Positions 28,631 to 38,846 of a DNA stretch of 64,000 bases are shown piece after piece. The first letter of the stretch is position 1. Every line of letters begins with the position of its first letter. Origin of the DNA: Paraspadella gotoi (Eukaryota; Animalia; Chaetognatha); contig CM119265.1 in NCBI GenBank assembly GCA_051294375.1, forward strand, positions 4,505,847 through 4,569,846, in the 5' to 3' direction. The notes beneath the pieces are model-generated. The model did no database searches. It saw only the letters and a list, made by a program, of their open reading frames with translations, and was not told the origin of the DNA. The translations under genes were made by a program, and so were the position numbers.

Positions 28631-29722
28631 CTAGCTTCTTCACTCACTTTCCTACCGGCTCTCAAAATTTCATCTCAATCTATCATGGGTTAAAATAAAT
28701 AAGTTTTTAAAAAAAAAATTTTGACCCAATTTTTTTAGAAAAATTGCTTAAATGGGCAATAGCCAGACATCCAGGCAACTTCCTATAAAATCCTAAAGCC
28801 ATTAATCCTATAAATGGAAAAGTTATCCCAGGTACAGACTTACAACATTCTAGGTTTCCGGTACTGTATATATATATAAACAATATATTTTGTAAATATT
28901 AAAAATAAACCTCACTGTTCTCATCTCAAAATCAATAAAATAGAAAAAAAAAACAATATCCAACTTGACTTAGAGGCATCAATAGTGTAAGATAGCCACC
29001 GAGGGTGAAAAGGCCTAATGCCTTGTGTATTATAAATAAAACCTCTCTTTTTTAACAGGACAATGTCTTACAATTTATTTTTCTTTTTGTTTATGTTATG
29101 AGAGTTTGAAATACCCTTTGACTATATCCATAAATTCATTAATTTCCTGATCGTCTTAATTAATTATTTTGTTTTATTTTTTGTGGTTTAAAAAATGTAA
29201 AACTTTATGTATTAATTAAAAATTAATAAATAAAGTAAATTTAATAAAGTAATGAAAACAGTTATATATCTACTAATTTCATATATATTTGATTAAAACT
29301 CTCTTTCCTATTTTTTACAATTTTCTTATTTTTTCACAAAAAATGCAATATGTTAATAATATTTAAACATTATTTAATACAAGTTTTTTACATTTATTTA
29401 GTTGAAAAGTTTTAAATACTTGGATTTAGCTATATTTTACTAAAATTAATAATTCTAACAATTTTTATTTTATCTTTAAATTTGTTATTTTTTTCGATTT
29501 TTTTGCTTCTTATCGCATTATAAAATCGATAGAACGGAAAAATTGGCCAAGCGAATTTTTGATTTTTCGATCTCAGGTAATAGTTTTACATGTGTTTCAA
29601 AAAAATTAAGAGGGCACAAGATGTCCTTTATCATTTCTTGTATTTATACTCCGCGCTAATGATCGCACATTTTTATAAAACTTCATTGTAATTTATAATA
29701 ATTTTTATTTAAAAAAAAAGAA

Positions 29723-29837
29723 GGTAAGTCCCAGCCAAAACTATAAAAGCATAGTAGTTTTTATATAAAAATGCGTGACGCCGACGACGACGACGACGAC
29801 GACAACGCCGATGACGACGACGACGTCACAAAGAAGC
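29723..29837 (+). repeat. Short interspersed element copy (GGTAAGTCCCAGCCAAAAC...(GAC)n...GTCACAAAGAAGC), inverted relative to the copy at 31220-31305
   Basis: Aligns to the reverse complement of 31220-31305 with few substitutions; differs mainly in the length of the (GAC)n tract. Confidence 0.85.
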
Positions 29838-30045
29838 TCACCCGAATCAATATCGAGCTTGAACCGTCTAATCCTTCAAGAACAGTCTCTCCGTCTCTCT
29901 TTTTTTTAATTTGTCCCATTAGATTATAACTAATTCAATAAAGCGAAATTGTATTAAGACCACTGTTTTTTTTCTCTATGTGAGATAATTTGTGAATCGA
30001 TGTTCACTGTTTCACTTTTTTCATTTTCCTTCCAAACGAAAAAAA

Positions 30046-30103
30046 ATGTTTTTTCTCGTGAAAATTTTCGTTTCTCTTTTGATAGTAAATTTTGTCCGCG
30101 CAG
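30046..30103 (+). CDS. Exon 1: signal peptide MFFLVKIFVSLLIVNFVRA(G)
   Basis: ATG after an A-rich context (aaaaATG), hydrophobic core, VRA-G cleavage-like end, strong donor G|GTGAGT at 30104. Confidence 0.85.
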
Positions 30104-33100
30104 GTGAGTTAAATTTCATCTTTTTCATTTCTTTTTTTAAAGATTTTAAAGGTTAAGTTTATTCAAGATACTATTTAAATTATATATATTGAGTAATTAC
30201 TTTTAATTTATTTTTATTTAAAAAAAACCAATGTATTTTTCTATTTAATCTATATTTTATGTTGGCGAAAATGTTGTTTTCTGGGGATAGAGCTAGATAC
30301 TTTAATTATAAATAAACTATATTTATAAAAGGACATTGGTGCGAAGAGGGTGAAATCAAATACAGAGACGAATTTCACTGCAATCGCTGCGTGTGCATCG
30401 ACGATGGATGGCTGTGCACGTACTTTACGTGCATCAATGACGGTAAATAACCGTATTATATTATATTATTGTATTATTTTCTCTCTTTTCGTTGCTAAGT
30501 GAATATGTAATAGATATCTATTGATAATAAAAAAATCGTTGTATTGGCACTCAATAAACATTTCCTAATATATTAAATTAAAAATAATATCACTTAGTCT
30601 CGTAGCTCATGTGAAAAAAATATATTTCATTCAGTTTTTTTTCAAATCATGAGTTATTCTTGGACTTGTTCTACTGTACGTATAAGCAAAATTAATGTTT
30701 TATCTATTTATTTAAATATTAATCTTAATAACTAGCTTCATTTAAAATTTTGTATATTTTAATGAAAAGAGGAATGTTATTGTTGTATTCTCGTAAATAT
30801 ACTTTTTGCTCCGGGTTCTTATTAAACATTATACATTAGAGTAGAGCACTAAAGAAAAAGTATATTTGAATGATCAAACAAGGATATTTAGATGTAAGAT
30901 AGTATGATTAACTAGTACAAAAAATATTTTGTTCATATTGTCTCTCCTTTTTTTCGTTGTTTGAAGTAGTTAAAGAAAGTTTGATTTGGAATGTGACAAC
31001 GATTAGATATATTTGTAGTAATAATCTTATGAAATCGTAATTTTTTTAAAAAATTTAAACTTTTAAAAAAAATTAAGATTTTTCATAAAAATTTGATTCA
31101 AAAATTTAAAACATGTTATCAAAATTTCTGTCATCTTCAGCATTTAAAACAAAAAAAAGTAAAAATTTATGATTTTTTTATCTCGCCAAGGAATCTTGGC
31201 GAGATAATGCAAAGGGGACGCTTCTTTGTGACGTAGTCGTCGACGGCGTCACGCTGTTTTTATATAAAAACTACTACGCTTTTAAAGTTTTGGCTGGGAC
31301 TTACCGTTTTTTTTATCGAGCCTACCGGCGAAGTACTTCATTCTATTTAGATTTGAAAGGGCTTTCAGAAGATAATAATATTAATAATATTTTATTTCAA
31401 ATTTTTTCAAAAAACTTACTGAAAGTAAGAGAAAAAAATTGAATTTAAATTTAAAAGTGAGTTTGAAAATGAAACCCGATTTTACAAGCCAACTTTCTCA
31501 ACTCACTGTCAACTCACTCATCAATATAAAATTTGAACATATAAATTACTTTAGTATTTTCTACTCAACTCATTTTTAAAATCAATGAAATAACCACAGG
31601 TTTGCAAATGACAGCGTTTTTTTACCGGCGCTTGTAAAATTGTCACCATGTACGCTTAAAAATATAAGGTTCACCGCGATACTTCGAAATCCAACCGTAC
31701 GGAAACTCCAGCTACGCAATTTCCTACGAAAAAAAAGACTGGGATAATTCAAGGCGATTTTGTCAGGAGATGTTCGACGAAGGTGGGCGGATGTTGAGAA
31801 TGATGGAGAAGATGATGGAGAAGTTGATGGTGAGGATGATGGAGAAGATGATGGAGAAGATGATGGTGAGGATGATGGAGAAGATGATGAATGGATGGAC
31901 GACAAAGATGTTGAGACTTTCGTGAAATGAGCTATGAGAAATGAGGACGACTGGCTCTCTCTCTCTCTCTCTCGCTCTCTCTCTCCCTCTCTCTCAGGCG
32001 ATTTGGCGTCGATGGAAACTCAAGACGAATGGAGTCACGTGTTAGATGAGATCAAAAGAACCGACAATGGGAGCGAGCATTGGTTGGGCGGGTCCGCCGG
32101 TAAGTGCTAAGATAATTATAATTATTAATTATATATTACGTTTTACTTGATTACAACAAAGTTTCCAACAAAGAATTGAGTAAAGGATAGTTGTCAGACG
32201 TGAGAACAGGTAAAGATGAGGACAGGGATGAAGAGAGAGTGAATTTGAAACTGGTGAAATGGGTGTTGGACATAAACTCTCATCGTAATCCGTCAATCTT
32301 TTTTGCCTTTTGTAAAAGTGTTGAAAAATATGAACAATCGATATTTGGTTACAAATATAACTGTTCATTACTATCTCATTGCTTTGCTTAATCGTAATTC
32401 TATTTTATACAGATTGCAATAATATTAATTAGCCATCGTCGGGGAGAGAGAGAGAAAGAGAGAGAAAGAGAAAGAGAGAGAGAGAGCGCCACAGAGAAAT
32501 GATACATTTTATAATGTACAACAAAGATAAATAATAATGAAAACTTGACATAACAAAGAATTAATAAATAGATTTGCTGATGTTTGTAGAATATTGAAAT
32601 AATGGAAGTGGTGAAATTGAAATGGAAGAATAATTTGTGAGGGATAGATAAGATAAAGATGAGTGAAAAATAAGTAGAGTCTTCTTCACCAACAGGGATC
32701 TGATGATAACCTTTATGCAGATCTATTTTAGAAAAGATTTTCTTTCCAGCAACATCTGCATTAAAATTTAGAATGTGGTGTATTGGATAACGGTCATCTT
32801 TAGTAACATGTTCCAAATAAAAAAAAAATAAAAGGAAATCAGACTAAGCACAGTGATTATTTTCAGTATTTTTTAGTCTAAACCTTTATGGATTTTCTTT
32901 GTTCCGGCTGCGTTGGATTACCCAATATTGTAATATTTACTGCGCTACTGGTGCAAAAATTGCTAGGAACCAAAATTATCAGAAACCGTTCGTTCTTTCG
33001 AATTTTTTCCTAAGTGCGGAGCGACATATAAAAAACGAGTCTACAATTCCCGAAAATTCTCCACAATTTCTCAGAAAACGGTTACGCGTCGACGTGGCAC

Positions 33101-33634
33101 TGGATCTCCGGCGGCGTGATCATCAGCAAAATCCCTGTCTCCTACGGCGACGGATGGTCGGCCGCCAACGGCGCCGGCAACTGGGCCGCCATGCAGCCGA
33201 ACAACAACGGCGCCGCCTGTCTGGAGAGCGAAGCACCCAAGTGGTATTCCACGTCGAGGATCGATAGGAATTGGGTCGACGTCGATTGCGACTACAGGGC
33301 CAGCTTCGTCTGCGAGTTTCCGACCAAAGAAGAAGAAGAAAACGACGACGACGATGATGCTGAAGATGATGACGACGAAGCCGACGATGAAGTTGAAGAG
33401 GGTGCCGAGGATGTTGAAGACGACGACGCGATTGTCGAACTTACCGAAGCCACAGACGCTGCTACCGACGACGCGATCGACTCCACAACTGACGCCACTT
33501 CCGAACTCGTAACCGTCGCAGTTACCGACGCCATTACCGACGCCGTTACCAACGCCGAGACCGATGAAGTTACCGACGCCGAGAACGACGCCGTTACCGA
33601 CGCCGAAACCGACGCCGAGAAGAGGACGAAGTAG
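30046..33634 (+). CDS. Secreted multidomain C-type lectin: signal peptide + pacifastin/VWC-like module + CTLD + acidic TDA-repeat tail; join(30046..30103,30332..30442,31669..31782,31998..32099,33075..33634), 314 aa
   Basis: Five exons splice in frame (58+111+114+102+560=945 nt) across four phase-1 GT..AG introns. Protein: MFFLVKIFVSLLIVNFVRAG-HWCEEGEIKYRDEFHCNRCVCIDDGWLCTYFTCIND-GSPRYFEIQPYGNSSYAISYEKKDWDNSRRFCQEMFDE-GDLASMETQDEWSHVLDEIKRTDNGSEHWLGGSA-ENGYASTWHWISGG...NWAAMQPNNNGAACLE...NWVDVDCDYRASFVCEFPTK + acidic tail. Canonical CTLD landmarks are present (W...C, LAS, WLG, WxWxxG, four Cys, FVCE). AATAAA at 33655-33660. Confidence 0.88.
30332..30442 (+). CDS. Exon 2: pacifastin-like (or VWC-like) six-Cys module
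   Basis: C-x12-CNRCVC-x3-G-x2-CTYFTC closely fits the pacifastin pattern C-x(9,12)-C-N-x-C-x-C-x(2,3)-G-x(3,6)-C-T-x3-C (G-to-C spacer one residue short). AAG acceptor, G|GTAAAT donor, 111-nt symmetric phase-1 exon, GC-richer than the AT-rich flanks. Confidence 0.85.
31175..31350 (+). mobile_element. HINE/DINE-1-like non-autonomous Helentron-type element
   Basis: Starts in a T-run with a perfect 13-bp stem TTATCTCGCCAAG-gaat-CTTGGCGAGATAA (31178-31207), then a short (GTC)-rich tract, then a core shared in inverted orientation with 29723-29837. Right boundary is approximate. Confidence 0.5.
31669..31782 (+). CDS. Exon 3: N-terminal part of the C-type lectin domain
   Basis: YGNSSYAISYEKKDWDNSRRFCQEM matches the CTLD beta1/alpha1 region. 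TAAG acceptor, G|GTGGGC donor, 114 nt. Confidence 0.85.
31800..31890 (+). repeat. 12-bp tandem repeat (GATGATGGAGAA)-like in lectin intron 3
   Basis: About 7 imperfect copies. Confidence 0.85.
31998..32099 (+). CDS. Exon 4: CTLD middle (DLASMET..EW...HWLGG)
   Basis: (CT)n-CAG acceptor, G|GTAAGT donor, LAS and WLG motifs, 102 nt. Confidence 0.9.
32679..32813 (-). mobile_element. Ty3/Gypsy LTR-retrotransposon reverse transcriptase fragment (in lectin intron 4)
   Basis: Minus-strand translation VTKDDRYPIHHILNFNADVAGKKIFSKIDLHKGYHQIPVGEED matches the Gypsy RT motif DRYP.P.I......L.G...FSKIDL...YHQIP. No LTRs or other pol sequence nearby. Confidence 0.85.
33075..33634 (+). CDS. Exon 5: CTLD C-terminal half + acidic/Thr-Asp-Ala repeat tail
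   Basis: TTTCTCAG acceptor; WHWISG, QPNN, C, WVDVDC and FVCE motifs; ORF-track 33116..33634 lies within it; TAG stop. Confidence 0.92.
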
Positions 33635-33654
33635 AAACCGAAGCTTAAAAAGCG

Positions 33655-33660
33655 AATAAA
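33655..33660 (+). promoter_or_regulatory. Candidate polyadenylation signal of the lectin gene
   Basis: AATAAA starting 21 nt after the stop, followed by T-rich sequence. Confidence 0.5.
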
Positions 33661-36600
33661 GTCCAAGAAACTTTTTTTTAGTCTTCGTTAAAATTTGATC
33701 AAGAAAATTGAAAAAAAAATATTTGTTTTGATTTTTAAGATTTTCATAAATATTTTAGACAATAGTTTAATTAATTTTATTTACATTTATATTTTTTGTT
33801 CTTTTTTTTTTAATTGATAAAATATCGAAATCTAATACAATTTACGTAAAAAAAAAAGTGAAAGATACAAACTGCGACTGAAAACCGGAAATGAGGCTTC
33901 GCGAAAAAAAAATAGGAAGGGGGCGAGAGGGGGGGGGGAAGTCTTAGCCAGGAAACCACTGCTTCGAAGATGAGGCTAAATTGGCAATTAGTAGCGTCAC
34001 GCTCTCTCTCCTCCATGCAAGTTGAAATGTGTTTCCTTCTCCTTTTTTTTCCCCCTCTTTTTCTTTCTAATCTCGATTTTCTTTTTCGCGATTTGGTTTA
34101 GTTTCCTCATTAAGGCTTTTCTTTGCTCGATTCTTTTACATCTGCGTCAAGCCCGTGTTTTCGGTCGAGCGCTCTTTATCAACTCAGTGCGCCAAAGGTT
34201 TTCGTTGTTGAGGAAAAATATCCTCGGCTGAGAAGTTAACGATCGAAATCAATTTCCAACAGATTCGGTCCAGTCAATAAAGAAAATCACGAAACAATCA
34301 GCAACCCACGCGCTTGGCTGTCACGCCACGCGGTTTTTGTCTGTTCTTTTTTTTTTTTTCTCACAGTTTTTTCAAACTTTTTTTTAAAATCCCCGCTTGA
34401 CTTTTTTCTTTTCTCGCCTGATGATTTTGACAAATTTTCACCGATTTCCCGACCCAAGGAAATTTCATCGGCAAATTTGTTCCCCGAAATTTTTTTTATT
34501 GATTTTTTTTGCTCCACAAAATTCGACTCCGCGTTTTTGTTTTTGTTTTTGATTTTTGTTTTTTTTTGTAGGCAATAAAGATGAAGGTGCTTTGTATGAC
34601 TGCTAAATAATGTAAATACCTTGAAGCATTTATTTAAAACTTTTACTTTCAGGGATGGTAAATTTTTGATAAACAGAGAATGCGTTCGAAAAATGGTTAA
34701 ATTATAGTCGCAACAAATAGTACGAAAACGTACTAACGATCTTACGGGTATCGACTGTCGTCGTCGTCGTCGTCGTCGCCCGTTATTTACGAGGCCAATT
34801 AATTTTGGTACTTATCGCCTTACCATCAACCTCCTTTCGCTTCCAAATTTGAAACTTTCTTTCTTTTAACCTGATTTTAACCCTTTTTTTTTCGCGCGGA
34901 ACTCTATTTCGCATGCTCGCTAAACCCATTAAATTGTGTGTCGTTTCCGCCGCGTTTCCCGCGAGGCAATCCCTTTTGCCTCGCTCTCTCTCTCTCCCTC
35001 GCCCTCACCTTTCGGCATTTCAAGCGACTCCCTCTCTCTCTCTATGCTCGCTCTCAATCTTTCATCGCCAGGATCTAAAGCGAGCGAGATCCAGTTGGAA
35101 ACTTCCCTTATAACCACCAAGCTCTCCTACCAAACCGACTCCTTCACCCACTGCTCCAGTCCGCTCCTCTTCCCGAAAATGTTCTTCGTTCAGGACATCT
35201 GTTTCTCGATCTCGAAGGAGAGTCTTATTCCCATTTAACCCCAACACTATCCCTTCCCCCTCCACACCCCAGCCGGCCCCTTCCCTTCCCCAGGCTCCAC
35301 GCTGCTTTCCCCTTCGTCTTTGGCTCTCGTTCAGGGTCTTTCTTGATTTGCTGCCTAAACCAGCTGTTGATCCGCGATTTGTTCGCGCTCCTCTCTCTCT
35401 CTGAGCTCTCTCTCCTCTCTGGCATCTCTCCTCTCTCTTCATCTCTCTCTCTCGATGTGTCTCGATCTCGTTCTCTCTCTCTCTTCTCACTCTCCTTTTC
35501 TCATGCGCATCGCGTTCTCCGCGTGCAAGGACCCCGCGACTTTTGGCAAACGCAGCTCCTCTTTCTTTCCTCCATCTTCAAACCAACGCACAAAAAGAAA
35601 AAATGGAATAAAAAATGCGTAAGAAAAAAAAAAAATGGAAAAAACTCTTTCTTTATTCTTTTCTTCGTCTCTTACTCCATCTCCATCTTGCTTCGAAAAT
35701 CCAGACGTTTTTATTTCCATCGTTTGCATTTTTTTTTCTTTTTTTTTTTTCGCCGCTTCGCTCAGGGTTTCTCCTACCTGAAGGAAGTTGTACTTTTTAA
35801 AACTCACTTATACTTTTACCTCCTTTTACTTTCTTAACTTCTTTTCTAATTCTCCCCGCTCTTCAAGTTCCCCTTTCTTTGTTGTCCTGTCCCCGCGCCG
35901 AGACTTTCTTTTCCTTTTCTTTTCTCCCGTCAAATCTTTTCCTCACCTCTTTTTCTAACTCACCTCTTCTTTTATTCGGGACCTGCCCCATTTGTTTGCC
36001 CCGATAAACGTTTTTTTTATACCCCGAGTCGTTTTTTTTTTCAATTTAGCCTCTTCCTCCTTCGGCCCCTTTTTTTTAGGTCGTAGCTCCGCGGTTTTAG
36101 TTAACCGATCTCTCGAAAGAAGTTAAAATCAGTTTTACAATCGTAGTCTTCGTTGTCTTTTTTTCTGTATTTGTTTCACTTTTGTCCATTTATCTAAATT
36201 TGTCTTTTTGATCCCTTTTTCATGATTCGAATTCTCTATGTCGCGCGGTTTTCATCCCAATCCAATTTTCGCAATCCAATCCGTTCTCCTTCTTCGCTCC
36301 GACGCGTTTTTCTCCGATTGACGCGTACCAACGGAGAAGGCGCAGAAACAAGGCGTTGCACGAAGGCGCGCGGAACGTCGCGCACGCTCGCACCTAATAA
36401 CGTGAAAACACTGTTTTGAACCATTCCAGAGCTTTTAAGTTTTGTTTTGACGAAACCGGGTATATGCTAATCAGTTTGAAAAGCGAGAGAGAACAGACGG
36501 AGAGGAAAACAGAGTGCTCGCGCTCTCTCTCTCTGCTTCTCCTCTCTCTCTCTCCTCCTCTTCTCTCTCTCTCTTCTCTCTCTCTCCTCTCTCTCTTCTC

Positions 36601-38236
36601 TCTCTCTCTCTCTTACAACGGCGGAATGAAATAGAAAACTGGGACAATTGCTTGACGTTCTGTTTGAGCGTTGAGCGTCTACTTCAGCCGACGACGATGC
36701 TGATGCCGAGAGCAGACTGACGCCAGTCGCCAGACACATCGACTTTAGTCTACTTTTTGTTTACCTTTCTCCTTCATGTTCTACCTTTGACTCTGTCTCA
36801 ATTATTTTCTCCTATTCTAATTCAATTATAAAAACGACTAAACTCCCGCTACACCTTTCGTCTATCATTCTTTCTCATCCCTTCTTTTCCCCACACCCCC
36901 ACACCCTCACGCCTCCGCGCCCTCCGCCCCCTCCCCCACATTTCCGGTCCTTTTTTTTTTTTGAGAAGCGAAAAAGATTTACGTTCAGCGCCTCCATATC
37001 TCATTGTCGAGGATCGTAATGGCGCAGAGTCGCGCCTCTCGGAAAGTAAACGGTTTAATCGACGTCCTATGCAAATCCCGGAAGCTTCGGAGTTTTTTCA
37101 AGTTTGTTTGTTTGTTCTTCTCCAACCAACTTTCCCTTTTCGTCCAAGTCTCCCGGAGTTTCTTTTTCGATTCCCTTTTGTTTGTTTTTCTTTCTTCAAA
37201 ATGGCGACGATCGAGGACGAGATCGGTTGGATTTTCGGTTGCGATCGATCGATACAGCTTTCACTAGAATGGGAGTTCGAAATGAAGAGAAANNNNNNNN
37301 NNNNNNNNNNNNNNNNNNNNNNNNNNNNNNNNNNNNNNNNNNNNNNNNNNNNNNNNNNNNNNNNNNNNNNNNNNNNNNNNNNNNNNNNNNNNNNNNNNNN
37401 NNNNNNNNNNNNNNNNNNNNNNNNNNNNNNNNNNNNNNNNNNNNNNNNNNNNNNNNNNNNNNNNNNNNNNNNNNNNNNNNNNNNNNNNNNNNNNNNNNNN
37501 NNNNNNNNNNNNNNNNNNNNNNNNNNNNNNNNNNNNNNNNNNNNNNNNNNNNNNNNNNNNNNNNNNNNNNNNNNNNNNNNNNNNNNNNNNNNNNNNNNNN
37601 NNNNNNNNNNNNNNNNNNNNNNNNNNNNNNNNNNNNNNNNNNNNNNNNNNNNNNNNNNNNNNNNNNNNNNNNNNNNNNNNNNNNNNNNNNNNNNNNNNNN
37701 NNNNNNNNNNNNNNNNNNNNNNNNNNNNNNNNNNNNNNNNNNNNNNNNNNNNNNNNNNNNNNNNNNNNNNNNNNNNNNNNNNNNNNNNNNNNNNNNNNNN
37801 NNNNNNNNNNNNNNNNNNNNNNNNNNNNNNNNNNNNNNNNNNNNNNNNNNNNNNNNNNNNNNNNNNNNNNNNNNNNNNNNNNNNNNNNNNNNNNNNNNNN
37901 NNNNNNNNNNNNNNNNNNNNNNNNNNNNNNNNNNNNNNNNNNNNNNNNNNNNNNNNNNNNNNNNNNNNNNNNNNNNNNNNNNNNNNNNNNNNNNNNNNNN
38001 NNNNNNNNNNNNNNNNNNNNNNNNNNNNNNNNNNNNNNNNNNNNNNNNNNNNNNNNNNNNNNNNNNNNNNNNNNNNNNNNNNNNNNNNNNNNGGGTATTT
38101 GTCACGGTTCGTGGGAATGAATATTCGTACGTCGGTCGCCTCACCGCCTCAGTTCTTTTCGTTTCACTCAGCCGTGACCCTGACGTTCACGATTTCTATA
38201 GAAGTTAAAGATAATTTTGCTCAAGATCGAAAGAGC

Positions 38237-38296
38237 GAACAGTGAAGAACGTACAGTGAAGAAAGAACAGTGAAGAACGAACATTGAAGAACGAAC
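38237..38296 (+). repeat. 14-bp tandem repeat GAACAGTGAAGAAC x~4
   Basis: Direct reading of the sequence. Confidence 0.8.
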
Positions 38297-38811
38297 TCGG
38301 TCATATAACATTTTGAAAGAAAAAAAATTATCTTGAACATTTAAATTCCACTAAAAAAAAAACAAAATGAAGAATTTAATACATAGTCGCTTTCATTTTA
38401 TTTCTTTACGTATTTTATATATACTTGCCTTTATTTTCAATAATTATCTTACAATCAGCACCACTCGTATTCGAAACCACGCCTCCGAAAAGACTGAATC
38501 TCCCTTTCCAGAATCCACTGTGTCATCGCTCTTAAATACGTGTTGGCCACTTTCCTTTTTTTTTCTCCATTGTCTCATCTTGAGTTCAGTTTTTGAAACC
38601 CGTTGTCTATTTTTATCCTTGTTTTACGGACATAAGTTCCAGTAGCCCCAACATCCATTATCAACCACGACTCTTCCATCAACCCGTTCTCCTTCCCCAC
38701 GAAAAATCGGAACCTCGAAAACCAGCGCCTGTAATTTAACGGAAATCCCATTTGGCTTTTTGAACTTTTTCCTCGCGACGAGCGAAGCTTTAAAGACCAA
38801 GTTGTTTCCCT

Positions 38812-38846
<35 letters not shown>

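Noticed and set aside
33292-33666. Minus-strand Ser/Ala/Val-rich ORF
   Set aside because: Antisense shadow of the lectin's repetitive acidic tail.
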